Source of the DNA: Octopus vulgaris
Lineage: Eukaryota
Assembly (NCBI GenBank): GCA_951406725.2
Contig: OX597814.1
Span: 139,748,001 to 139,812,000, forward strand
Direction: 5' to 3'
Length of the DNA stretch: 64,000 nt
Shown here piece after piece: positions 22,763 through 35,799 of the stretch. The translations under genes and the position numbers were made by a program. The notes under the pieces are model-generated. The model did no database searches. It was not told the DNA's origin and was given only the letters and a program-made list of their open reading frames with translations. Numbering within the stretch: position 1 is the first letter of the stretch; every line of letters begins with the position of its first letter.

Positions 22763-23177
22763 TCTTTTATGAACTGTTTTGTCGGCTTGTAATAATCTGT
22801 CAAAACTGTGTCCCAAACTAATAATTGTTTTGACTCCATTAGTTTTTAATCAGTCTCAGAACTGTTTTAATTTCTGAACATGATATTTGTAATGCTTTAA
22901 ATCCCCTTGAGGGATATTTTGAGCTCACTAGGGGCAACAGTTGTCATGTGATATCATGGAAGGTGATGAGTGTTCAGAGAGAATGTAATTTTTCTCGGAA
23001 ATAAGCTAAATAAACCAAGTATAATACTTGTATTTCAAACACGTTTTTGTTGATATTTTTTTTTAATATCCTCATTATTATAATATAAATAGACATTGTG
23101 TCAGCAGAAACATGGCTGATGATGCACCAAGGTTCAGTATGATTTCATTATATAAGTCTTTAAAGCTTTGAGCCAGC

Positions 23178-23380
23178 AGAATTATTACCATGCCAGTCAA
23201 AATGTTTAATAGTATTTCTTCTGGTTCTTCACATTTTAAGTTCAAAGCTGCCAAGGTTGACTTTGCCTTTCATCCTTTCAGAGTTGATGAAACTGTACCA
23301 ATTGAGCACTATGGTCTTGGGAATTAACTTCAGCCTTGTCACTCAAAATTGCTGGCCTTGTGCCTGAATTAGAAAGGATT
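23178..23380 (+). mobile_element. SINE type B, degenerate
   Basis: GGTTGACTTTGCCTTTCATCCTTTC core and GGCCTTGTGCCTG..AGAAAGGATT tail. Confidence 0.75.
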
Positions 23381-24124
23381 ATATTAATTCTCAACTTCTT
23401 TATAAATTTCCATAAAAATTTAACATAAGGAGCACTAATGCATACAAATATATAAAAGGAGCTACATGCTGGAAGGGATAGTATAAAAACATATAGATAA
23501 TAAGCTCCTGTTTAATTTAATCAGGGTTTTCAAAAAATTAATTTTATTCTTTATGCAAAATATTAGGAGAGGGCATTTGTAAGCAGGCATCATTCAGTGA
23601 AAGGTAAAGGGGATTCTGACCTACAAAAATTTAAGAACCACTGCTTTAATCCAACCTTTGTTCACATCAAGCAAAATACTGACTTCTGTAGTGTCAGCAG
23701 TAATATTAGTAACAGCAGTTGTAGCAGTCATGATGACTACAATGATATGAATCGATGTGAAAGCTGTATATTATGTTGTTATTTGAAGTTTATGAAATCA
23801 GTTCTACAAATTGTTATTGAATTTATCATCTGGGTTCTTAGTCTAGTCCTCGGTAGTAACAAGAATAAGGAAAATATATTTCAAATTTATTAGAAGAATG
23901 ACAACAAACTCTGAAGTTTAATAGCAAAATGGTTATCAAATTTTCATGAAAATGGTAGAAAAACAAATTGATTAAAATTGTTAAATAAGATGCAAAAACA
24001 TATTAGTAATTTCTTAGTAAATTTTTAAAAATGTGTACAATAAAAATGATGAAGGAAGTGACAAAGTAGATGTTATGACAGCTAAAAGTTGTTTCATGTA
24101 TTAAACTGATTTTCTGCTTCTTAA

Positions 24125-24339
24125 CCCTTTTGTTACCAACTCGGCTGAATCTGGCTCTGAGTACAAATGTCTTGTTTTCATGAGTTTTGAATTAAAATCT
24201 TCCACCAAACCTTAGTCACAGTTTATGCTCCTAACACTAGCTTAATGGTAACTAAGTTATTTTACTAAATTCTTTGTTATATTTGAAGTAATTGAAAGCA
24301 ACACAGAGCATTTCAAAAATAAATACAGTAACGAAAGGG
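24125..24339. mobile_element. piggyBac-type MITE family 2
   Basis: TTAA-CCCTTTTGTTAC..GTAACGAAAGGG-TTAA; TTAA duplication with CCC/GGG ends. Confidence 0.85.
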
Positions 24340-25354
24340 TTAAACCTTTGCCTCTCCTGTATGTCATGTATAATACACAAGACATATTTCCCTGGCTTCC
24401 ATGCATCATATAGGATGCTCATCCCCACTCTTTTTTAACTACCTAGTACATATGCAACAAGGGCTAACTAAAAGTCTGAAAACAAGCATGGATATTTAGG
24501 ACAAACTTATGAAAATGCTTTGGACAGGCAAAGGGTTAGAGAACTGAGAGCAACTACTATGTGTAAAATTACACTTCACATCCTTGAACTGGAATAACTG
24601 TGTTACAATGTTAGTGTTCCAGATATGACTGATATTTTCAAGGGTTTTTAAGGTTAGTTAAAATTATGAACCTAGATATAGTTACAACTCACTGTTTTAC
24701 TCTCTGTGAAGTTCTGATATTAAATGGTGAAGTGTAAGCTAGTCTTGTTGTTCACCATGTTTAGAAGACCAAAGGCAAATCCCAGAAATGTTGTACCTCC
24801 ATACAGTTGTGCAAGTCTAAGGATGCTGACTTCAAATCTATTTTGTACCTCAATAATATAAGGCGATTATCCTGTCATGAAGTTTTGTCATATCTACATT
24901 AACTTAAAAAAACAAATTATGGTCTTTTTCTCGAGTAAGAATGAAGAGAAATATTCTAAACTATTGTCTTATGACTACTGTTGTGTAAATCTGGAATGCC
25001 TTGCTGTTATATTCGAGTACAAAAACAAAGTAAATATTAATATGTAAGAACCAATATAGAACATATGAACTTCCACTGAAAAAATTGCTGCTCTTTATTT
25101 GAGGATGTGTACAACAGAAATGTTTTCTCTTTCTTACAGGTGAAAAAACATTTTAATTTTGCTTAACTATAGTGTATGAAAAATCAGTTACTAAGACTCC
25201 AGTGCATATGGTAACAGTTCTTGCCACACTTAGACACCAAGCATTATGAATGGATAAGAAATCATTTCTTAGAAACAGAAAAAGAAAGCAGTAAAATTTT
25301 AGACTTCAAGAATAAGAACTTGTGGATTGAATAACAGTTTCATTCTTACCTTTA

Positions 25355-25685
25355 ATCTTTTACTTGTTTAACTCATTAGACTGCTGTCATGCTGGGGCAC
25401 TGCTTTTAAGGGTTTAGTCAAACAAATCGACTCTGATACTTATTCTATCAGTCTCATTTATAGGACTGTTAACTTACAAGGATGTAAACAAACTAATACT
25501 GGTTGTCAAGTGGCAGTGGGGACAAATACAAAGACACACACACAAACATGACAGGCTTCAACACAGTTTCCATCCACCAAATTCTCTCACAAGGTAATTG
25601 TCAGTTTTGGGCTATAGTAGAAGACAATTGTCCAAGGGGCTAAACTGGAAGCCATGTGGTTGCAAAGTAAGCTACTTAGCCACAT
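25355..25685 (-). mobile_element. SINE type A, degenerate
   Basis: Tail, (CA)n and head motifs in the expected order. Confidence 0.75.
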
Positions 25686-27100
25686 AATTCTTAGATTTCC
25701 ATAAAAAAAGTGAATATTTGCATTCATCAAAGTAAACGATCATTGTTTTGCTTCTGTTCTCAACATTTGGCTTCATGTGCATAAACTCTCAGCCTTTACA
25801 AATATAAAAAACAAAAACATAAAAAGGAAAATGACAACTTGTAACAAGCAATGTGGAGGACAGATGATATTAGAGTGCCTTTGTCAAACATCTGATGTCA
25901 GATTACCAAAATTTAGCAAAACATCCGGGTTACAATGTCACCAATGTTCTTTTCTTTACTGTTTTATGTTTCTTTAAATTCACCATGACTCAACAGGCAT
26001 AATGTAATAAAGAATATTTATTGTCATAAGCATCACATTATTTGCAGGCATAAAACCCCAGAAACTTTCTTTTTTATCTTTTGTCCTAGCTACATTATTT
26101 ATGGCTGCTATAGAAATGGGGGTTTCAATGTATTTGGCAGAAATAGGAAGAGTTTGATATACAAAGAGCATACTGTAGTACATTGGTTACATAGGTGTGT
26201 CACAAAGCAATTATGGTTAAGAACTTCTGAGATATAAGATATCATCTAGATTTGACCTCAACAATATCATTCTACAGTAGCCTTCTCACTCTAAAGGGAG
26301 CAGGCTTTCTTGAAATTTATAACTTAAAACATGTGCAGAACAAATGACAAATTACTTCAATGAGGAGCCAAACAGTAGCTTTACTAGTAATATGAATTTT
26401 AAAATCTTTTGTGTTAATATAAAAGGAATTTGCTTCCCAACTATAAATGTTATATTAATACATTTATGTAATTTTAACTTTACACTTACACATATATGTA
26501 CATTGTTTGTTATACACCTGCCACCTGCCAGTCATTTAACATATTCATTTGTATGTACTTGGTCTGGTGCTTCATGAAATTAGAGGTTTCTTAAATTATT
26601 TTTTATAAACTCCTCTTAATAAGCTCTGTTCTCATACTGGTTATATTGTTTAACTCTTTTGCACCCGATCTGTCTGAGACTGCCCTAGGTCTATGATATA
26701 ATTTCCATCAAAATTTCATTTTATGTTCAAAATACCAGCTTAATAATGACAACTGGTTTTGGTTTGTCTACATTTTCCCAGAACTCAGTGGTTTGGCAAA
26801 AGAGACCAATAGAATGCTTAAAAACCACAGAACTGGAGTCAATTTGTTTGACTAATCCCTTCAAGGTGGTATCTCAGCATGACCACCATCCGTTGTCAGT
26901 AACAAGTAAAATATAAAAGAAAAGTAAAAAGGAGTGGCTGTGTGGTAAGTGGCTTGCTTACCAACCACAGGGTTCTGGGTTCAGTCCCACTGCGTGACAC
27001 TTTGAACAAGTGTCTTCTACTATAGCCTCAGGCCAACCAAAGTTTTGTGAGTAGATTTGGTAGACGGAAACTGAAAAAAGCCCATCGTATATACGTATAT

Positions 27101-27750
27101 CATCATCATCATCATCATCATCATCGTTTAACGTCCGTTTTCCGCGCTAGCACGGGTTGGACGGTTTGACCGGGGTCTGGGAAGCCAGAGGCCTCTTCAG
27201 GCTCCAGTCTGATCTGGCAGAGTTTCTACGGCTGGATGCCCTTCCTAACGCCAACCACTCCGCGAGTGGATTGGGTGCTTTTACGTGCCACCTGCACAGG
27301 GGCCGGGGGGCCGGCATCGGTCACGATCGGTTCGAGCTTTTTCTAGAGTTGAGTTGGGGGGGGGGTCTAGCTGAGAAAGGTTCCACCAGTGGAAAGAGAG
27401 GGAGAGATAGTGGAGGGGGTGCAGGTAATAAAGGGAAGCACCAGTGGGGAAGGTTGGGTAAGGAGGAACGATGACAAGGAAAGGGTTGGTGCAGAAGAAA
27501 TAAAAACGTAGGATATCACGAGACGGGGAGGGGACTGGAAGGAGATGGTCGGATTGAGGCAGTGCCAGATTCTAAACAGGAGGTAACGTAAGATCAGTGG
27601 GGCAGTTAATGAGCTGCGGTGCTAGCAGCTTGACTTGGTGGGGGAAGGGGTAGTACACAGTGAAAGCATATGTGAAGGAGGGGTAGGAGGGAGAGACACA
27701 CGCAATGGTGGTGGGGGAGGAGGAGGGAGGAGGGCATATCCGGTGTAGAT
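27101..27750 (-). mobile_element. Young RTE 3' end continuing into a G-rich (plus strand) segment
   Basis: (CAT)n and CpG-intact RTE terminus to about 27335; the rest is strongly purine/G-skewed and of uncertain origin. Confidence 0.65.
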
Positions 27751-27946
27751 GGTGAGAAGTGTTCACCGGTATTGGTGGTGAGATGTGTTCACCAGTATTG
27801 GTGGTGGGGGTGGTGAGAAGTGTTCACCGGTATTGGTGGTGAGAAGTGTTTACCGGTATTGGTGGTGAGAAGTGTTCACCGGTATTGGTGGTGGGGGTGA
27901 GAAATGTTCACCGGTATTGGTGGTGGGGGTGAGAAGTGTTCACCGG

Positions 27947-27950
<4 letters not shown>
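27751..27950. repeat. Minisatellite, 7 copies of GGTGAGAAGTGTTCACCGGTATT(GGT..)
   Basis: Units of 26-35 bp starting near 27751, 27777, 27812, 27838, 27864, 27896 and 27928. Confidence 0.92.
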
Positions 27951-27988
<38 letters not shown>

Positions 27989-28387
27989 ATGTGTGTGTGT
28001 GTGTGTGTGTATGTTTGTGTGTGTGTTTGTCCCCCCAACATCGCTTGACAACCGATGCCGGTATGTTTACGTCCCTGTAACTTGACGGTTCGGCAAAAGA
28101 GACTGATAGAATAAGTACTAGGCTTAAAAAGAATAAGTCCTGGGGTTGATTTGCTTGACTAAAGGTGGTGCTCCAGCATGGCCACTGTCAAATGACTGAA
28201 ACAAGTAGAAGAGTAAAGAGATAAATTGGATTTAGAGAGGCTAAAATCCAGAATTCAAGAAAAATAGTAATTGACATTGACAATAATTAATCCATAGGAG
28301 AATAGAATAGCTTAATTAGTTCATTTGTAAAGAGGAGTGATGAAATTTATTTTGGACTCTTGCCATTTTCTGAGAATGAGAAATATA

Positions 28388-28780
28388 CTGTATTTTTTGG
28401 CATACAAGTTGATGTAGTATATAGTGTAGATTCCACATAAAAAGCACCGAGTACACTCTATAAAGTGGCTGGTGTTAGGAAGGGTATCCAGCTATAGAAA
28501 CCATGTCAAAACAGACATAGAGCCTGAACAGCCCTTCAGTTGGTCAGCTTCTGTCAAAACGTCCAACCCATGCCAGCATGAAAAATAGATGTTAAATGAT
28601 GATGATGATGATGATGGTGTAGTATAAACATTCAAACATCGTCACTATCTTTCCAAATCTTGCTGCATTTCACATGGAATTTTTAGTCCTCCAAGGTCAT
28701 CTTGGTGTATAAGTTAATCTACCGTTTTTGGTTGTAAATTTTGGTCTGAAAAATTCAACTTTTATTTTTAAAAAATATGG
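28388..28780. mobile_element. Decayed Tc1/pogo-type MITE with nested RTE 3' fragment (28431-28616)
   Basis: TA-CTGTATTTTTTGGCATACAAGTTGA..TCAACTTTTATTTTAAAAAATATGG-TA imperfect TIRs. Confidence 0.55.
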
Positions 28781-29514
28781 TAGAAAGAACCCCACATGAC
28801 AACACCACTTCCTCATCTTTTCCTCATTCTTAAGATGAAGAGCAATGGCCCGGAATGTAAGTTTTTTTTTTTCATTCTTCAATGCAGTTGAATTTAATGA
28901 ACCATTCTATTCTTCTATTCAGTATCTGTATTATTGGCATATTCTAATCTTCAGTTATATCTTCTTTTATATGCAGAACTATTTTTGCTTTCATTGTTGT
29001 ACAATAAAAAAAAAACATTAAGTCGCTATTGGTTGTGTAAGTCTATAAAAAGCGTTGCACTGATTTATGGTTTTCTCTTTCTATTTTTAACATGGATCAC
29101 CCAAATTTCATTTGTTTTCATAATCTTAATCATTAATTTGAATTAATCAATCATATCATGTTGACACCAGGTCTTGCTGTTATCTCCCAGCGCCATACAT
29201 TATAGACGTCCTTTCATCCCAAACAGTCTTGAATTCTTATACATCACACATCAGTCTCCACATTAAATGTACTGACTCACTTATCATACAACACAACCTT
29301 TAAAATGATGGTAAATGCCATCTTCATTCAGTATAAATAATGTGATGTCACTGTAACTTTAACAGCTTATAAATGAATTTATTAATTGAATGGTAAAGGA
29401 CGGGTTCTGCTAGCTGATCTTAGTTGAATAGATGTATGATCAAAGGCACTCCAACCATGATCAACCAAACTTTTTCATATGTATATACTAGAGATATCTG
29501 AAAAAGTTTTATCT

Positions 29515-30230
29515 CCTACTTGTTTCAGTCATTGGACTGTAGCCATACTGGGGCAACTACTGGGGTTTACTTGAAGAAATTGGCCCTAGTATTTACTTTA
29601 AGTCTGGTACTTATTCTATCAATCAATTTTGATGAAATGTTAAGTCATAGAGTGTAAATAAACCAACTTTGGTTGTCAAGCAATGGTGGTGGAACAAATA
29701 CAAAGACACACACACATACATATATACATACATATATACATGCATTAGGGCATGTGGCCTAGTGGTTAGGGTGTTGTACTCACAATCGGGAGATCGTGGT
29801 TTCAATTACTAGACTGGGTGGTGCATTGTGTTTTTGAGCAAAACTTTTCATCTCGCATTGCTCTGCAATCATATTGACACCTGACACATGGTACATCATG
29901 CACCTATTCAGACAACATCAGTTTGATGGAGGGAGTGAGGTAATGTGCAGCATGAACATTTGATCACTATAGACAAATTATTTGTGCAGGTCATTCAGAA
30001 AATGAATGCTCATATGTCATCTCTGACGAGAGAGGCCATCATATATATATACATATATACACACACACACACACAGAATGGGCTTCCACAAAATTTCCAT
30101 CTTTCAAATTCACTTACTAGGTATTGGCCTGGGGCTATGGTAGGAGACACATGCTCAAGGTGCTATGCAGTGGGACTGAACCCTAAACCATATGGTTGCA
30201 AAGCAAACTTCTCAACCATGCAGCCATGCC
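29515..30230 (-). mobile_element. SINE type A with an opposite-strand type C SINE (29748-30035) in its microsatellite
   Basis: Tail 29515-29745 and head 30075-30230 flank GGGCATGTGGCCTAGTGGTTAGGG.. Confidence 0.75.
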
Positions 30231-30877
30231 CTTTTTTTTTTTTTAAAGATATAACTTGCAGGAAATTTGACTGCTCTTTCTAACAGATTGAGTAACCATA
30301 TAGAGGCTCCCTCTTTGGCTTGGTAACAGTATTTTTCTTACAGTGTCCTTTCTGAAGTCACTTTATAGTTTCTTTCTGCTTCCAGTTCTGTCCTCTAAAT
30401 GCTTATCAAATACTGAAGCCATTGAATTAACACAAAAGTATTCGATAATAGGAAAGTTATCCAGCTATAAAACCATTCTTCCATAATATATGCTCTAATA
30501 CACAAAGTGTTATTATTGTGGGGATTTAAATTCTTCTTGGGAATTTGGGCTGGTGCCAAATGTAACCACAGAAAAGTAGATTACTAAAATGGTAAAGAAA
30601 AACCTTGACAAAGGAAAATTCCATAATGGTAATGTTAATGATAATTAATGATGATAATATTTTTCTAATATTGGTATGAAATCTTAAACTTAAGGAACAC
30701 TATTGTGATATTGATATTTTGCAATAAATGGATAGAATATATTATAAAGACGATATTAATGTCTAATTGTAAAGACCAAACTTTAGTAACGATCTGGGCT
30801 TTCAGAATCATTATAATCTTATGAAAAATTTGTGTATTGTTGGATATTTTTGTGCATGCATGGTTGTGTGGCTGAAG

Positions 30878-31195
30878 GCACATGTCTTAGTGGTTAGGGT
30901 ATCTGGCTTATGATCGTAAGGTCATGAGTTTGATTCCTAGCAGCATGTCGTGGTCCTTGAGCAAGACACTTTATTTTTCATTGCTCCTGTTTTTCCATCT
31001 GACAGAAATGAGTTGTATCTGTAATTCAAAGGGCCAATCTTGTCACATCCTGTGTTACACTGTATCACTCCAAGAATTATGTTATGGGTACATGTGTCTA
31101 TGGGGTACTCAACCACTTGCACGTTAACTTCACAAGCAGGGCTGTTCCGTTGATCAGATCTACTGGAATCCTCCATGTTGTAACTGACAGAGTGT
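30878..31195 (+). mobile_element. SINE type C with alternative tail
   Basis: TTAGTGGTTAGGGT..TTGATTCC..GTCCTTGAGCAAGACACTT. Confidence 0.7.
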
Positions 31196-31199
31196 AAGT

Positions 31200-31852
31200 T
31201 TTGGCTGTGTGGTTAAGAAGTTTGCTTTGCACCCACACAATTTCTGGTTTAGTACCACTATGCAGCACCATGGGCAAATGCTAATCAAAGCCTTGTGACT
31301 GGATTTGATAGATGGTAACTGAAAAAAAGCCTGTTGAATATATATGTATGTACATGTATTTGTGGGTAAGTTTGTGCCTTGTCTTGATATTGTGTGTTAA
31401 TTGTAAACAAATGTCACTGTTATACAAGTGTTGTTCTTCATTTGCAGTCTTCCATGAAAACATGTCTGGCTATAGTGTTGATTGTGTTTGAAGAACTAGA
31501 GGAAATATTCTTTTCTACTCTAGGCACATGTCCCGAAATTTTGGGGTAGTGGGCCAATTAGATTGACCCCAGTATGCAACTGGTACTTAATTTATCGACC
31601 CTGAAAGGATGAAAGGCAAAGTTGACCTTAGTGGAATTTGAACTCAGAATGTAAAGACAGACAAAATACTGCTAAGCATTTCACCTGGCATGCTAATGAT
31701 TCTGCCAGCTCACCGCCTTAAACTTGAGAAATATTACTTTATTTGAAAACAGGTGAAAGTTGGCAACAGGAAGAGGATATCAGTGGATTTCATTTAACCC
31801 ATGGAAGCATGGAAAAGTATGAACATTGCAATGATGATCATGATGATGATGT
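31200..31852 (+). mobile_element. Type-A-head, RTE-tail SINE with nested type B SINE (31507-31717, minus)
   Basis: Body matches 2734-3086 on both sides of the nested copy; ends CCCATGGAAGCATGGAAAAG..(GAT)n. Confidence 0.75.
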
Positions 31853-33099
31853 TATTTATTATCACAATGATTAAGTTTTTGGATGACACATTGTTTTTAA
31901 TAATGTGTAACCTATTCTGGCTTTCATTTGAAAAACACACAAAAATGATAACAATAAAAACTAATCATTTTAATTTGAATGTTGAAGATGTAATAAGCAA
32001 AATAGTTATTTGTTACTTTCCATAATTTTTCCATTAATTAAATATACATGTCTGGATTTCACTTGTCGGTTTTCTAGTTATTCACTAAAACTTAAACAGC
32101 TTTGTAATTATTAGTGATCATAGAATTTTGCTGAATGGAGATTCTAATAGCGAACCAGCTGTTTGGTATTATTTGACAATGTTGTCTTATAACTATCAAG
32201 TAAAAAAGAATTGCTCAGATGTTTCTATTTTGGAGCGGTAGTCCACATACAAACCTTGGAATTTTTTTTATCTAATGGAGTTTCTACTCTTGTAAACAAA
32301 TTTGTAATTCCATTGTTCACACATAAAATTAGTTCCATCAAACTTGAATTGAGGTATTTTTAACAATATGTAAGTGACCTGTGCATAAAATAATAGCTTT
32401 CCCCTTTATATTTCTGCTTATTGCAGCATTTAGTGAACATTCTTCTATCTCTATAGTGCATGAGAAAGTTATTAATACTGCAGATTCTAACAATGTTCAA
32501 GATAATAGTTAGACCAATAATAGCAACAACAGTTCACTGGATATCTATGAATACTGCTTAGCAAAAGCAATTCAAAAGAAACATAATGATGTTAGTAATC
32601 TATATTTTAATAGGACAACCCTTTGATACCAACTTGCATGTTACCATCTCTAGCTCTCTTATATACAAAATTGCATTTTAAAGTGTACGTAGATAAATTG
32701 AAACCTGCCACTATGATTGTGTTTGAGAAATATTTATTTATGTTCTATGCATCATCTTAACGAAAAGTTTATTTTAATAAATCCTTCCCAATTCCTGATT
32801 ATTTATAAAATTCATTTGAATATATTATCATTGATTTTATGCCCACATTTTCATGTTTACATGGGTCAAATGGAATTTGGTAAGCCAAATTTTCTATTGC
32901 CAGATGCCCTTCCTGTCACCAGCCCTCACCTGTCTCCAGGTAAAGTAATATTTTCCCATGACTAGATATATTTTTGCAGAAGATTGGAAACATAGGACAT
33001 CACCTACATAGTGACATTCATTTACAATTACAAAATCAAGACAAGGAGACAGTGACACACACACTTACACATACCCATACATACACACATGTTGATCCA

Positions 33100-33765
33100 A
33101 TGCATTCATTTGTCTTTATCTCATGTGGCTGACAAGATCAATATGAGATAGACAGATCCTGTGGCACTGAAGACACTGAAAGTGACCCCAAACAACAGCT
33201 GGAAGAGTTTGACGACAGCATACTCTCTCTTTTACTCTTTTACTTGTTTCAGTCATTTGACTGCAGCCATGCTGGAGCACCGCCTTTAGTCGAGCAAATC
33301 GACCCCGGGACTTATTCTTTGTAAGCCCAGTACTTATTCTATCGGTCTCTTTTTGCCGAACCGCTAAGTGACGACAACGTAAACTCACCAGCATCGGTTT
33401 TCAAGCAATGCTAGGGGTACAAACACAGACACACAAACATACACACACACATATATATATATATACATATATACGACGGGCTTCTTTCAGTTTCTGTCTA
33501 CCAAATCCACTCACAAGGCTTTGGTCGGCCCGAGGCTATAGTAAAAGACACTTGCCCAAGATGCCACGCAGTGGGACTGAACCCAGAACCATGTGGTTGG
33601 TAAGCAAGCTACTTACCACACAGCCACTCCTGCGCCTATATTCATGTAGTTTTCTGCGTGCAATTTCTAAGTGCTCCACTCCAACATCACACATGGACCT
33701 CCTTTTGATTAATAGCACAGCCAGTAGCTCCAACTGATTGGGAGGAAAACCACATAAAATGAGAG
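33100..33765 (-). mobile_element. RTE-BovB-type LINE C-terminus split by a SINE
   Basis: LILCGFPPNQLELLA..RRSMCDVGVEHLEIARRKLHE (33640-33765), then HFQCLQCHRICLSHIDLVSHMR* (33116-33220), the terminal CxxCxRxCxSxIGLxSH motif. Confidence 0.7.
33221..33636 (-). mobile_element. SINE type A, young full length
   Basis: Near-consensus, CpG-rich, full head to (TACTCTT)n tail. Confidence 0.93.
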
Positions 33766-33879
33766 ACCACACACACTCTTTGAGTGGTTGGTGTTGGGAA
33801 GGGCATCCAGCCGTACAAACCAAGCCAAATCAGACTGGAATCTGGTGCAGCTCTCTGATTTACCAGTTCAAGTCAAACC

Positions 33880-34068
33880 TATTTCTTTATCACCCACAAG
33901 GGGCTAAACACAGAGGGGACAAACAAGGACAGACATAGGTATTAAGTCGATTACATCGACCCCAGTGCGTAACTGGTACTTAATTTCTCGACCCCGAAAG
34001 GATGAAAGGCAAAGTCGACCTCGGCAGAATTTGAACTCTCAACGTAACGCAGACGAAATACCGCTAAG
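33880..34068 (-). mobile_element. 5'-truncated SINE type B (alternative tail) inserted in an RTE 3' fragment
   Basis: Perfect 16-bp TSD CAGTTCAAGTCAAACC at 33864-33879 and 34069-34084. Confidence 0.92.
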
Positions 34069-34503
34069 CAGTTCAAGTCAAACCATCTAACCCATGCCAA
34101 CATGGAAAGTGGACATTAAATCACGATGATGATGATATATATATGAGAGGTTTTGGGTATCCTGAAGACCCAAAAGGCAAGTAAGGCTATGTGAGTGCTA
34201 TGGAAGGACCACTGTTAGACTCCTGCTTCAATCATAGTATGAGTGAGGAGTCTGATGCAGGTCGTCTGTGAACATGTATATGTCAAATAAAATGAGCATA
34301 TTTCCCTTTATACTTCCTGTATCTCTCCCTTTCCAAAATAACTTCTTATATAATGAACTCCATTTCCTTCTATTGAAACTTTCTCATATCATCTCTGATT
34401 TAGTGATAATCTTTTATATCCCTGAAATAACTGTAAGATTACCTTTCTCTTTCTAAATGTCCTAGAAATATCACACTGCCTTGGCCTTGTTATCTCATTT
34501 TAT

Positions 34504-34561
<58 letters not shown>

Positions 34562-34872
34562 TGTATAAAACAGGCTCCTTTCAGTTTCTGTCTCCCAAAG
34601 GTACTCACAAAGCTCTGGTTAACCAGAGCTATAGTTGAAGATGTTCCACACAGTAGTGCTAAACGCTATACCATGTGACTGGGAAACCTCAACACACAGC
34701 CATGTCTGCATTTATACAAAATTTTCTGTTTTTAAAGTTTTCATGTTTAAATCAGAGCCTGATTAAATGTAAGGAATATTTAAGCATCATCTTATTGAAA
34801 CATTTTTTACTAAACCCTACCAAATTCTCAATTATATATGAAATTCATTGAAATATATGTACTATATATTTC

Positions 34873-35070
34873 ATCATCATCATCATCATCATTTAACATC
34901 AGTTTTCCATGCTATCATGGGTTAAGTGGTTTGACTGGAAATGGTAAGCCAGAGAGCTGCACCAGGCTCTGGTCTGTTTTGGCTTGGTTTCTACAGCTGG
35001 ATGCCCTTCCTAATGCCAACCACTCCAAAGGGTGTACTGGGTGCCTTTTATGTGTCACTGGCACTGGTCA
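34873..35070 (-). mobile_element. RTE LINE 3' fragment
   Basis: (CAT)n tail plus GCTGGATGCCCTTCCTAATGCCAACCAC. Confidence 0.82.
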
Positions 35071-35158
35071 TGCTAAGATATTTTGAAGTGGCATGAATGT
35101 TCATCATATCAAAATACTGTTCGTTTCGATATTATTACCATTAATACTGTGATGTAAG

Positions 35159-35720
35159 CTGGGCTGTGGCGTTGAAACAAAAAACTTTGACTCTGACTCC
35201 AACTCCTCTACTATTGGCACCTCTGACTCTGACTCCTCTTTATGCAATTAAGTCATTTGGTCTACATACCTCATAGAGCATATACTCTTTTACTTGTTTC
35301 AGTTATTTGACTGTGGCCATGCTGGAGCACCGCCTTTAGTCGAGCAAATCGACCCCTGGATTTATTCTTTGTAAGCCTAGTATTTATTCTATTGGTCTCT
35401 TTTGCCGAACCGCTAAGTTACGGGGATGTAAGCACACCAGCATCGGTTGTTAAGCGATGTTGCGGGGACAAACACAGACACACAAACACATACACACACA
35501 TACATACTCATACATAGGCACTCACACTATTATTGAACCAGGAGTCTAACAGTGGTCCTTCTGTAGCACTCACATAGCCTTACCTGCCTTTTGGGTCTTC
35601 AGGATACCCAAAACCTCTCATATATATATCATCATCATCGTGATTTGCTCGACTAAAGGCAGTGCTCCAGCATGGCCACAGTCAAATAACTGAAACAAGT
35701 AAAAGAGTATATGCTCTATG

Positions 35721-35799
<79 letters not shown>

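Larger units (their letters stand above)
26931..28220 (+). mobile_element. SINE type A split by an 850-bp insertion in its internal microsatellite
   Basis: Head 26931-27100, tail about 28020-28220. Confidence 0.85.

Noticed and set aside
27751-27950. CRISPR-like array of palindromic 23-bp repeats
   Set aside because: No unique spacers (only GGT/G runs), no cas genes and a eukaryotic context; it is a minisatellite.
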